Assembly: GCA_004431415.1 (NCBI GenBank)
Contig: QPMI01000395.1
Coordinates: forward strand, 434,001 to 498,000
Reading direction: 5' to 3'
Source of the DNA: Cyanophora paradoxa CCMP329
Lineage: Eukaryota; Plantae; Glaucophyta
DNA: 64,000 nucleotides
Positions 15,001-27,500 of this stretch are shown here, piece by piece; within the stretch, counting starts at the first letter, position 1, and every line of letters starts with the position of its first letter. A model generated the notes under the pieces. The model was not told the origin of the DNA. It saw only the letters and a program-made list of their open reading frames with translations, and made no database searches. Position numbers and translations under genes: made by a program.

Positions 15001-18000
15001 GAATCCCCGACGACAGCCAACAGCCCACCGCACCTCACGTTGAGGAGCACCGTCTGCGTGTCGAGGTGGAAGACCTGGAAGCCCACTTGCCGAGGCGAGA
15101 CCACGATGTCGTTGACAGTGAGGACCTCCACTCGGATAGTGGTTCTCGCCACCACCTTCCCGTTCGCGAGAGCAACAATGACAGCGTTTCCACGCGAGCC
15201 GCCGGCGCGGAACACGAAGGAAGTCGAGCTGAAGACCGGCGGAAGCTCCCCCGACACCTCGCCATTTCTCACGGCCAGCGACACGCCGTCCCAGGCCACC
15301 GCCGCCCAGGCCCGCCGCAGCTGGAGCGTGCACGTCGTCGTCTCGCTGCCCCACAGGCCCGTCGAGCTGCAGTGCAGGCTCGAGCTCTGGTCCGGCATCC
15401 CTGCGCCCCGCGTCCCGCATCAGCTCCTGAGCTGCCGCCCGCCGCCCCGCAAAACGCACCCAGCATCTCGAGGGCGAACGAAGCCAGACGTCCCGCCGTC
15501 AAGTTGAAGCCAACGCGCTCCGCGACGACCGTTGCATTGGCCGTCGCGTTCGTCGCGTTCGCGGCCCCGCCGATGGGCACGCTCAGGAAGAACTCGTGGG
15601 AGGCCAGCGGCCCGAGCCACACGCTGTTGCCGGTCGCATTGCGCCCCGAGATCACCGCCACCCGCAGCGACGACGGGTCCGCCTGCACGGGCGCCCCGCA
15701 GGACCGCAGCGCCAGCGTGCAGTTGAGCAACGTGTTCGGCCGCACGACCGTCTTCTCGCACAGCAGCGTCGACGTGCTGTCCGGCACCGCATCTGCGCGC
15801 AGCAAAGGCGTCGGAAACGTGCATGCCCAAATCACATAACTGGACGTCGCTGCTCATGATCAGGCGCACCTCTGGGCTTAGGCGCGGCGCCCGTCGCCGG
15901 CCAGGACGGCGGCGACGGCCAGTTTGGCTTCGGGAAGAGCGTTCCCAGCTCGAACACGAACGCCGACACCGCCACCAGCACCTCTTCACGACCTTCCACC
16001 ACCAGCCGCAGCGTCGCCGAGCTCGCCCCCAGCGCCGCCCGCCGCGAGTCCAGCGTCACTGCCAGCTCCACGCTCCCGTTCGGGCCCACCGAGCCCCGCC
16101 GCGGCCACACCTCCACGTGCGCCGGTACGCTCGCCTCGTCCACCTCGAACGAAACCGCCGTGAACTCAGCTGGGTTCCGCAGCCGCAGTCGCTGCATGGA
16201 TGAACGCGGCCGCGGCGCGCTGAACTTCAGCTCCGCCGCGCTCGCCTCCAGCCGCGCGGGCACCACCGTCACGTTCACCCCCGACGACCGCGCCGGGAAC
16301 CGCAGCTCGCCAGGCACCCGCGACGACGACGCCTCCCCGTCCACCGCCACCAGCCGCGTCCCGTCCAGCACGCCGACGCCCGCGCCCCGCACCAGCGCCG
16401 TCGCCGCCGCCTGCCCGCGCGCCGGCACCACCACCGCGGACGGCCACACCGACACCGCCGGCTCGCTCCGCGCGAAGATCGCCACCACCGGCGACCCCAG
16501 CGGGTTCGTCAGCCGCATCTCCACTTGCGACACCTGCGTCGACAGCACCAAGACGGCGCCCGACAGCAGCTCCACGCCCAGCTGCGGCGTCTGCAGGTCC
16601 ACCGACAGGTTGAACGCCATCGGGTACTTCCGCAGGCCCCAGCCCCAGCCCCAGTCCGCATCGGACAGATCCAGCTTCACCGGCACCGCCTGCGGGCCGT
16701 CCAGCACCACGCTCGCCGACGGCACCTCCGCCTCCACGGGAAGCGCCGCCCCAGCCTCGACGCGGTCCGACGCCGGCCACAGCCGCCCCGTCGAGTTCGC
16801 CGACACCGCGTACGCCACCGCCGCGAACGAGTACGGGTTCCGGAGCACCACGGGCTTGCTCATCCGCCTCGCTCGCAGCAGCACGCCGAAGTCCGTGTTC
16901 TGCGCCTCCAGGCGCGGCGTACGCGCCTCCGACGCCAGCGGCACCGCGAAGACCGCGAGCTCTGTCCCGTTCGCCAGCCGGCGCCAGCCGTCCACCATCG
17001 CGCTCGCCAGGTCGTCGAGTTGGTACTCGCTGGACACCGTCACGTAGAGATCCACGGAGCCGTTCGCTGGCAGATACACAGTCGACGGCTGCACCGACAC
17101 GAACGGCACCGATGCGCCCACCGACACCACCGTGCTCACGGGCTTGACGTTGATGACCCGCAGCCGCGTCGAGCGCGCAGTCGGCCGTAGCTGTGTCACG
17201 TTCAGGCTCGCAGGCTCCGTCTCGAACCGCGCCTCGAACGACTCCGCAGTCACCGAGAAGAGCGTCACGGCCAGCGCCCCCGTCGCCCGCGGCGCCTTGA
17301 TCACGCCCCGCACGGGGATCGCGCCGAGCGGCGTAAGCAGCCCCAGCGCCGCCCGCCACGATGCAAAGGTCGCGTTGATCCGCACAGACTGCCGCGACCC
17401 CAGTGTCCCGTTGCTCGGCGACACCGACAGCCACGACAAGAGCGGCTCCACGGAGCGGTCCGCCGACCAGTCGATCGCGAAGTCCGTCGGGTTGCTGCGC
17501 GACCCTCCATCAGCGCCCTGAATCCCCGACGACAGCCAACAGCCCACCGCACCTCACGTTGAGGAGCACCGTCTGCGTGTCGAGGTGGAAGACCTGGAAG
17601 CCCACTTGCCGAGGCGAGACCACGATGTCGTTGACAGTGAGGACCTCCACGCGGATAGTGGTTCTCGCCACCACCTTCCCGTTCGCGAGAGCAACAATAA
17701 CCGCATCTCCACGCGAGCCGCCGGCGCGGAACACGAAGGACGTCGAGCTGAAGACCGGCGGCAGCTCCCCCGACACCTCGCCGTTCGTCACGGCCAGCGA
17801 CACGCCGTCCCAGGCCACCGCCGCCCAGGCCCGCCGCAGCTGGAGCGTGCACGTCGTCGTCTCGCTGCCCCACAGGCCCGTCGAGCTGCAGTGCAGGCTC
17901 GAGCTCTGGTCCGGCATCCCTGCGCCCCGCGTCCCGCATCAGCTCCTGAGCTGCCGCCCGCCGCCCCGCAAAACGCACCCAGCATCTCGAGGGCGAACGA

Positions 18001-21000
18001 AGCCAGACGTCCCGCCGTCAAGTTGAAGCCAACGCGCTCCGCGACGACCGTTGCATTGGCCGTCGCGTTCGTCGCGTTCGCGGCCCCGCCGATGGGCACG
18101 CTCAGGAAGAACTCGTGGGAGGCCAGCGGCCCGAGCCACACGCTGTTGCCGGTCGCATTGCGCCCCGAGATCACCGCCACCCGCAGCGACGACGGGTCCG
18201 CCTGCACGGGCGCCCCGCAGGACCGCAGCGCCAGCGTGCAGTTGAGCAACGTGTTCGGCCGCACGACCGTCTTCTCGCACAGCAGCGTCGACGTGCTGTC
18301 CGGCACCGCATCTGCGCGCAGCAAAGGCGTCGGAAACGTGCATGCCCAAATCACATAACTGGACGTCGCTGCTCATGATCAGGCGCACCTCTGGGCTTAG
18401 GCGCGGCGCCCGTCGCCGGCCAGGACGGCGGCGACGGCCAGTTTGGCTTCGGGAAGAGCGTTCCCAGCTCGAACACGAACGCCGACACCGCCACCAGCAC
18501 CTCTTCACGGCCTTCCACCACCAGCCGCAGCGTCGCCGAGCTCGCCCCCAGCGCCGCCCGCCGCGAGTCCAGCGTCACTGCCAGCTCCACGCTCCCGTTC
18601 GGGCCCACCGAGCCCCGCCGCGGCCACACCTCCACGTGCGCCGGTACGCTCGCCTCGTCCACCTCGAACGAAACCGCCGTGAACTCAGCTGGGTTCCGCA
18701 GCCGCAGTCGCTGCATGGATGAACGCGGCCGCGGCGCGCTGAACTTCAGCTCCGCCGCGCTCGCCTCCAGCCGCGCGGGCACCACCGTCACGTTCACCCC
18801 CGACGACCGCGCCGGGAACCGCAGCTCGCCAGGCACCCGCGACGACGACGCCTCCCCGTCCACCGCCACCAGCCGCGTCCCGTCCAGCACGCCGACGCCC
18901 GCGCCCCGCACCAGCGCCGTCGCCCCCGCCTGCCCGCGCGCCGGCACCACCACCGCGGACGGCCACACCGACACCGCCGGCTCGCTCCGCGCGAAGATCG
19001 CCACCACCGGCGACCCCAGCGGGTTCGTCAGCCGCATCTCCACTTGCGACACCTGCGTCGACAGCACCGAGACGGCGCTAGACAGCAGTTCCACGCTCAG
19101 CTGCGGCGTCTGCAGGTCCACCGACAGGTTGAACGCCATCGGGTACTTCCGCAGGCCCCAGCCCCAGCCCCAGTCCGCATCGGACAGATCCAGCTTCACC
19201 GGCACCGCCTGCGGGCCGTCCAGCACCACGCTCGCCGACGGCACCTCCGCCTCCACGGGAAGCGCCGCCCCAGCCTCGACGCGGTCCGACGCCGGCCACA
19301 GCCGCCCCGTCGAGTTCGCCGACACCGCGTACACCACCGCCGCGAACGAGTACGGGTTCCGGAGCACCACGGGCTTGCTCATCCGCCTCGCTCGCAGCAG
19401 CACGCCGAAGTCCGTGTTCTGCGCCTCCAGGCGTGGCGTCCGCGCCTCCGACGCCAGCGGCACCGCGAAGACCGCGAGCTCTGTCCCGTTCGCCAGCCGG
19501 CGCCAGCCGTCCACCATCGCGCTCGCCAGGTCGTCGAGTTGGTACTCGCTGGACACCGTCACGTAGAGATCCACGGAGCCGTTCGCTGGCAGATACACAG
19601 TCGACGGCTGCACCGACACGAACGGCACCGATGCGCCCACCGACACCACCGTGCTCACGGGCTTGACGTTGATGACCCGCAGCCGCGTCAAGCGCGCAGT
19701 CGGCCGTAGCTGTGTCACGTTCAGGCTCGCAGGCTCCGTCTCGAACCGCGCCTCGAACGACTCCGCAGTCACCGAGAAGAGCGTCACGGCCAGCGCCCCC
19801 GTCGCCCGCGGCGCCTTGATCACGCCCCGCACGGGGATCGCGCCGAGCGGCGTGAGCAGCCCCGGCGCCGCCCGCCACGATGCAAAGGTCGCGTTGATCC
19901 GCACAGACTGCCGCGGCGCCAGCGTCCCGTTGCTCGGCGACACCGACAGCCACGACGAGAGCGGCTCCACGGAGCGGTCCGCCGACCAGTCGATCGCGAA
20001 GTTCGTCGGGTTGCTGCGCGACCCTCCATCAGCGCCCCGAATCCCCGACGACAGCCAACAGCCCACCGCACCTCACGTTGAGGAGCACCGTCTGCGTGTC
20101 GAGGTGGAAGACCTGGAAGCCCACTTGCCGAGGCGAGACCACGATGTCGTTGACAGTGAGGACCTCCACGCGGATAGTGGTTCTCGCCACCACCTTCCCG
20201 TTCGCGAGAGCAACAATAACCGCATCTCCACGCGAGCCGCCGGCGCGGAACACGAAGGACGTCGAGCTGAAGACCGGCGGCAGCTCCCCCGACACCTCGC
20301 CGTTCGTCACGGCCAGCGACACGCCGTCCCAGGCCACCGCCGCCCAGGCCCGCCGCAGCTGGAGCGTGCACGTCGTCGTCTCGCTGCCCCACAGGCCCGT
20401 CGAGCTGCAGTGCAGGCTCGAGCTCTGGTCCGGCATCCCTGCGCCCCGCGTCCCGCATCAGCTCCTGAGCTGCCGCCCGCCGCCCCGCAAAACGCACCCA
20501 GCATCTCGAGGGCGAACGAAGCCAGACGTCCCGCCGTCAAGTTGAAGCCAACGCGCTCCGCGACGACCGTTGCATTGGCCGTCGCGTTCGTCGCGTTCGC
20601 GGCCCCGCCGATGGGCACGCTCAGGAAGAACTCGTGGGAGGCCAGCGGCCCGAGCCACACGCTGTTGCCGGTCGCATTGCGCCCCGAGATCACCGCCACC
20701 CGCAGCGACGACGGGTCCGCCTGCACGGGCGCCCCGCAGGACCGCAGCGCCAGCGTGCAGTTGAGCAACGTGTTCGGCCGCACGACCGTCTTCTCGCACA
20801 GCAGCGTCGACGTGCTGTCCGGCACCGCATCTGCGCGCAGCAAAGGCGTCGGAAACGTGCATGCCCAAATCACATAACTGGACGTCGCTGCTCATGATCA
20901 GGCGCACCTCTGGGCTTAGGCGCGGCGCCCGTCGCCGGCCAGGACGGCGGCGACGGCCAGTTTGGCTTCGGGAAGAGCGTTCCCAGCTCGAACACGAACG

Positions 21001-24000
21001 CCGACACCGCCACCAGCACCTCTTCACGGCCTTCCACCACCAGCCGCAGCGTCGCCGAGCTCGCCCCCAGCGCCGCCCGCCGCGAGTCCAGCGTCACTGC
21101 CAGCTCCACGCTCCCGTTCGGGCCCACCGAGCCCCGCCGCGGCCACACCTCCACGTGCGCCGGTACGCTCGCCTCGTCCACCTCGAACGAAACCGCCGTG
21201 AACTCAGCTGGGTTCCGCAGCCGCAGTCGCTGCATGGATGAACGCGGCCGCGGCGCGCTGAACTTCAGCTCCGCCACGCTCGCCTCCAGCCGCGCGGGCA
21301 CCACCGTCACGTTCACCCCCGACGACCGCGCCGGGAACCGCAGCTCGCCAGGCACCCGCGACGACGACGCCTCCCCGTCCACCGCCACCAGCCGCGTCCC
21401 GTCCAGCACGCCGACGCCCGCGCCCCGCACCAGCGCCGTCGCCGCCGCCTGCCCGCGCGCCGGCACCACCACCGCGGACGGCCACACCGACACCGCCGGC
21501 TCGCTCCGCGCGAAGATCGCCACCACCGGCGACCCCAGCGGGTTCGTCAGCCGCATCTCCACTTGCGACACCTGCGTCGACAGCACCGAGACGGCGCTAG
21601 ACAGCAGCTCCACGCTCAGCTGCGGTGTCTGCAGGTCCACCGACAGGTTGAACGCCATCGGGTACTTCCGCAGGCCCCAGCCCCAGCCCCAGTCCGCATC
21701 GGACAGATCCAGCTTCACCGGCACCGCCTGCGGGCCGTCCAGCACCACGCTCGCCGACGGCACCTCCGCCTCCACGGGAAGCGCCGCCCCAGCCTCGACG
21801 CGGTCCGACGCCGGCCACAGCCGCCCCGTCGAGTTCGCCGACACCGCGTACGCCACCGCCGCGAACGAGTACGGGTTCCGGAGCACCACGGGCTTGCTCA
21901 TCCGCCTCGCTCGCAGCAGCACGCCGAAGTCCGTGTTCTGCGCCTCCAGGCGTGGCGTCCGCGCCTCCGACGCCAGCGGCACCGCGAAGACCGCGAGCTC
22001 TGTCCCGTTCGCCAGCCGGCGCCAGCCGTCCACCATCGCGCTCGCCAGGTCGTCGAGTTGGTACTCGCTGGACACCGTCACGTAGAGATCCACGGAGCCG
22101 TTCGCCGGCAGATACACAGTCGACGGCTGCACCGACACGAACGGCACCGATGCGCCCACCGACACCACCGTGCTCACGGGCTTGACGTTGATGACCCGCA
22201 GCCGCGTCGAGCGCGCAGTCGGCCGTAGCTGTGTCACGTTCAGGCTCGCAGGCTCCGTCTCGAACCGCGCCTCGAACGACTCCGCGGTCACCGAGAAGAG
22301 CGTCACGGCCAGCGCCCCCGTCGCCCGCGGCGCCTTGATCACGCCCCGCACAGGGATCGCGCCGAGCGGCGTGAGCAGCCCCGGCGCCGCCCGCCACGAT
22401 GCAAAGGTCGCGTTGATCCGCACAGACTGCCGCGGCGCCAGCGTCCCGTTGCTCGGCGACACCGACAGCCACGACGAGAGCGGCTCCACGGAGCGGTCCG
22501 CCGACCAGTCGATCGCGAAGTTCGTCGGGTTGCTGCGCGACCCTCCATCAGCGCCCCGAATCCCCGACGACAGCCAACAGCCCACCGCACCTCACGTTGA
22601 GGAGCACCGTCTGCGTGTCGAGGTGGAAGACCTGGAAGCCCACTTGCCGAGGCGAGACCACGATGTCGTTGACAGTGAGGACCTCCACGCGGATAGTGGT
22701 TCTCGCCACCACCTTCCCGTTCGCGAGAGCAACAATAACCGCATCTCCACGCGAGCCGCCCGCGCGGAACACGAAGGACGTCGAGCTGAAGACCGGCGGC
22801 AGCTCCCCCGACACCTCGCCGTTCGTCACGGCCAGCGACACGCCGTCCCAGGCCACCGCCGCCCAGGCCCGCCGCAGCTGGAGCGTGCACGTCGTCGTCT
22901 CGCTGCCCCACAGGCCCGTCGAGCTGCAGTGCAGGCTCGAGCTCTGGTCCGGCATCCCTGCGCCCCGCGTCCTGCATCAGCTCCTGAGCTGCCGCCCGCC
23001 GCCCCGCAAAACGCACCCAGCATCTCGAGGGCGAACGAAGCCAGACGTCCCGCCGTCAAGTTGAAGCCAACGCGCTCCGCGACGACCGTTGCATTGGCCG
23101 TCGCGTTCGTCGCGTTCGCGGCCCCGCCGATGGGCACGCTCAGGAAGAACTCGTGGGAGGCCAGCGGCCCGAGCCACACACTGTTGCCGGTCGCATTGCG
23201 CCCCGAGATCACCGCCACCCGCAGCGACGACGGGTCCGCCTGCACGGGCGCCCCGCAGGACCGCAGCGCCAGCGTGCAGTTGAGCAACGTGTTCGGCCGC
23301 ACGACCGTTTTCTCGCACAGCAGCGTCGACGTGCTGTCCGGCACCGCATCTGCGCGCAGCAAAGGCGTCGGAAACGTGCATGCCCAAATCACATAACTGG
23401 ACGTCGCTGCTCATGATCAGGCGCACCTCTGGGCTTAGGCGCGGCGCCCGTCGCCGGCCAGGACGGCGGCGACGGCCAGTTTGGCTTCGGGAAGAGCGTT
23501 CCCAGCTCGAACACGAACGCCGACACCGCCACCAGCACCTCTTCACGGCCTTCCACCACCAGCCGCAGCGTCGCCGAGCTCGCCCCCAGCGCCGCCCGCC
23601 GCGAGTCCAGCGTCACTGCCAGCTCCACGCTCCCGTTCGGGCCCACCGAGCCCCGCCGCGGCCACACCTCCACGTGCGCCGGTACGCTCGCCTCGTCCAC
23701 CTCGAACGAAACCGCCGTGAACTCAGCTGGGTTCCGCAGCCGCAGTCGCTGCATGGATGAACGCGGCCGCGGCGCGCTGAACTTCAGCTCCGCCGCGCTC
23801 GCCTCCAGCCGCGCGGGCACCACCGTCACGTTCACCCCGACGACCGCGCCGGGAACCGCAGCTCGCCAGGCACCCGCGACGACGACGCCTCCCCGTCCAC
23901 CGCCACCAGCCGCGTCCCGTCCAGCACGCCGACGCCCGCGCCCCGCACCAGCGCCGTCGCCGCCGCCTGCCCGCGCGCCGGCACCACCACCGCGGACGGC

Positions 24001-27000
24001 CACACCGACACCGCCGGCTCGCTCCGCGCGAAGATCGCCACCACCGGCGACCCCAGCGGGTTCGTCAGCCGCATCTCCACTTGCGACACCTGCGTCAACA
24101 GCACCGAGACGGCGCCCGACAGCAGCTCCACGCCCAGCTGCGGCGTCTGCAGGTCCACCGACAGGTTGAACGCCATCGGGTACTTCCGCAGGCCCCAGCC
24201 CCAGCCCCAGTCCGCATCGGACAGATCCAGCTTCACCGGCACCGCCTGCGGGCCGTCCAGCACCACGCTCGCCGACGGCACCTCCGCCTCCACGGGAAGC
24301 GCCGCCCCAGCCTCGACGCGGTCCGACGCCGGCCACAGCCGCCCCGTCGAGTTTGCCGACACCGCGTACGCCACCGCCGCGAACGAGTACGGGTTCCGGA
24401 GCACCACGGGCTTGCTCATCCGCCTCGCTCGCAGCAGCACGCCGAAGTCCGTGTTCTGCGCCTCCAGGCGTGGCGTCCGCGCCTCCGACGCCAGCGGCAC
24501 CGCGAAGACCGCGAGCTCTGTCCCGTTCGCCAGCCGGCGCCAGCCGTCCACCATCGCGCTCGCCAGGTCGTCGAGTTGGTACTCGCTGGACACCGTCACG
24601 TAGAGATCCACGGAGCCGTTCGCCGGCAGATACACAGTCGACGGCTGCACCGACACGAACGGCACCGATGCGCCCACCGACACCACCGTGCTCACGGGCT
24701 TGACGTTGATGACCCGCAGCCGCGTCGAGCGCGCAGCTGGCCGCAGCTGTGTTACGTTCAGGCTCGCAGGCTCCGTCTCGAACCGCGCCTCGAACGACTC
24801 CGCAGTCACCGAGAAGAGCGTCACGGCCAGCGCCCCCGTCGCCCGCGGCGCCTTGATCACGCCCCGCACGGGGATCGCGCCGAGCGGCGTAAGCAGCCCC
24901 AGCGCCGCCCGCCACGATGCAAAGGTCGCGTTGATCCGCACAGACTGCCGCGGCGCCAGCGTCCCGTTGCTCGGCGACACCGACAGCCACGACGAGAGCG
25001 GCTCCACGGAGCGGTCCGCCGACCAGTCGATCGCGAAGTTCGTCGGGTTGCTGCGCGACCCTCCATCAGCGCCCCGAATCCCCGACGACAGCCAACAGCC
25101 CACCGCACCTCACGTTGAGGAGCACCGTCTGCGTGTCGAGGTGGAAGACCTGGAAGCCCACTTGCCGAGGCGAGACCACGATGTCGTTGGCAGTGAGGAC
25201 TTCCACAGGGATCGCGATTCTCGCAACCACCTTCCCGCTTGCGAGGACGACGATGACCGCATTTTCTTGTGAGCCTCCGGCGCGGAACACGAAGGACGTC
25301 GAGCTGAAGACCGGCGGCAGCTCCCCCGACACCTCGCCGTTCGTCACGGCCAGCGACACGCCGTCCCAGGCCACCGCCGCCCAGGCCCGCCGCAGCTGGA
25401 GCGTGCACGTCGTCGTTTCGCCGCCCCACAGGCCCGTCGAGCTGCAGTGCAGGCTCGAGCTCTGGTCCGGCATCCCTGCGCCCCGCGTCCCGCATCAGCT
25501 CCTGAGCTGCCGCTCCCGGCCCCGCTCCGCAAAACGCACCCAGCATCTCGAGGGCGAACGAAGCCAGACGTCCCGCCGTCAAGTTGAAGCCAACGCGCTC
25601 CGCGACGACCGTTGCATTGGCCGTCGCGTTCGTCGCGTTCGCGGCCCCGCCGATGGGCACGCTCAGGAAGAACTCGTGGGAGGCCAGCGGCCCGAGCCAC
25701 ACGCTGTTGCCGGTCGCATTGCGCCCCGAGATCACCGCCACCCGCAGCGACGACGGGTCCGCCTGCACGGGCGCCCCGCAGGACCGCAGCGCCAGCGTGC
25801 AGTTGAGCAAGGTGTCGGGTCGCGCGACCGTCTTCTCGCACAGCAGCGTCGACGTGCTGTCCGGCACCGCGTCTGCGGGCAGCCCCGGGGGCGTCAGCCT
25901 CCGCCCCGCACGGTGCGGATTCGCGTTCAGATCGCGCACCGGGCATGGGGGCGGCGGCCGGCCAGGAAGACGGGGACATGGATGCTGGGTTGGAGGCGGC
26001 CGCGGCGACGTCGACGACCATGATGGAGAGGGAGGCCAGATCGACGGGCACGCGCAGGGCCGGACGGTCCGCGACGCCCACCTCGGCGCGGAGCGCGAGC
26101 GCCGCCGGGGCGTTGCGGGGCGCGAAGGCCGAGACGAGCAGGATCCGGAGCTGGAGGGTTCCGTACCCCGGCAGGCTCCCGGCGTCGGACGACGGGAGGG
26201 CCCAGGGCGGGATCGACTCCGGGAGGAGCCGCCAGCGGATCGGGAAGGGGGAGGGGTTGCGGATCTCGACGAAGAAGGGGGAGGTGGCAGGGGCGTAGAG
26301 CCAGACGGTGGAGGAGGCGGGGGACGCCACGAGGGGGACGTCCGGGATGTGGCGGACGGCGAGGCGGGCCGTGACGAAGGCGCCGCCGGGGAGCGACACG
26401 CCGACGCGCACGTCGCCGGTCAGCTGGCCCGCCTCGAAGCCGAAGTACGTGACGGAGACGAAGGGCGCGAAGCGGCCCTCGACGGCCCCGCCGTCGGAGA
26501 AGAGGCGCAGCGCGGCCTCGGGGACCAGCGCCGGCTCGCCCTCCGCCGTCCGGAGCACCAGCACGCACCGCGTCGACTCGCCCGCGTACAGCTGCGTCGC
26601 CGCGCATCGCACGGTCGAGTGCGCCGCGGACGGGTCGCCTGGCGCCGCGTCAGAGAGGCGAGGCGGGGCGGGCCGGGGCGCGGGGGGGCTCGGGGCGCCG
26701 GGGCGCACTCAGGACGCGAACGACGATAGAGGCGACAACGGTGCCGTCAACGAAGCGCGCGACTTCGACCCTCGCCTCGCGGCGGGCGCCCCAGAGCGAA
26801 AGGCCGAAGTCGAGGGCGGGGCCCCGCGCGGCCGCGGGCGCCGGGGCGTACTCGGCCGGCCGGCCGTCGACGGCGACGCGAAGGTAGACGTCGCTGTCGA
26901 AGGCCGCGGGGACGGGCGCCCCGCAGCTGCGCGCGTGGAAGGTGCAGGCGACGGCCCGCCGCCACGGCTCCACGTGCGTCGCATTGCACTCGATCGACGA

Positions 27001-27500
27001 AGTAGTGTCGACCGCTGCGCCGCGCAGAGTTCGTGAGCACGGCGAAAGGCGAAGGATAGCGGAGCGCGGCACGCACAAGGCGCAGGCGAGGAGGCGATCC
27101 GCGTGGCGGCAGACCAGTGCTCCAGCGCCCCGTTCGATTCGCCGGTCGGCTGCGCTGCCTGGAGCCAGGAACGCACAGCGTAGTACTTCAGGGTCTCCTG
27201 AAACGACACCGGCTCCTCCACGGGCGTGCGCGTCGCTGCAAGACGGTGAGGCACGAAAACGAATCGGCTTCGAGCGACAGGACAGGTCAAGCGTAGGGGC
27301 GGGTCGTCGTGGGCACCTTCGGCGACCCACGCATCGTGCGCGAAGATGATGGTGAGGACCAGGGCAGCGAGAGCGGCGCGCGACGCGCTGCCGCTCCGCG
27401 ACCCCCGTCTGTGGCGCCAACTTCGCGCGTCCTGGCTCTTCTCGACCACGCTTACGGACTTGGACTCTTCCGACATGCTTTCCATGCGTGTGCTGAACAT
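50..27500 (-). CDS. Giant multi-exon extracellular glycoprotein of tandem Ig-like (BACON/ASH-type) beta-sandwich domains and Cys-paired modules; 3' end lies beyond the left edge
   Basis: Minus-strand ORF fragments join in frame across short introns (e.g. 8237-8313, 9939-9996, 10364-10422, 311-419). Start is ATG 27500 or 27476, followed by a basic stretch and a hydrophobic segment (RAALAALVLTIIFA). ~100-aa units recur with W-L-S-V/L-S-P-x-x-G-x-L/V and N-P motifs, and N-x-S/T sequons are dense. The apparent TAG at 49-51 overlaps a GTGCGT donor. Confidence 0.85.
8161..25875. repeat. Intragenic tandem array: 7 full copies of a 2,519-bp unit plus a short partial eighth
   Basis: Anchor gtgcagttgagcaa recurs at 8161, 10680, 13199, 15717, 18236, 20755, 23274 and 25797. 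Spacing is 2519 except 2518 and 2523 where indels occur. The ORF track repeats with the same period. Confidence 0.98.

Noticed and set aside
8276-25103. Seven separate 571-aa genes starting MGCWLSSG
   Set aside because: That start lies inside the 58-bp intron and the stop inside the 77-bp intron, so these are exons of one gene.
8267-26029. Many long plus-strand and alternative-frame ORFs over the repeat array
   Set aside because: They are shadows of a GC-rich coding strand: Arg/Ser/Thr-rich, with no motifs. The minus-strand spliced frame explains the region.
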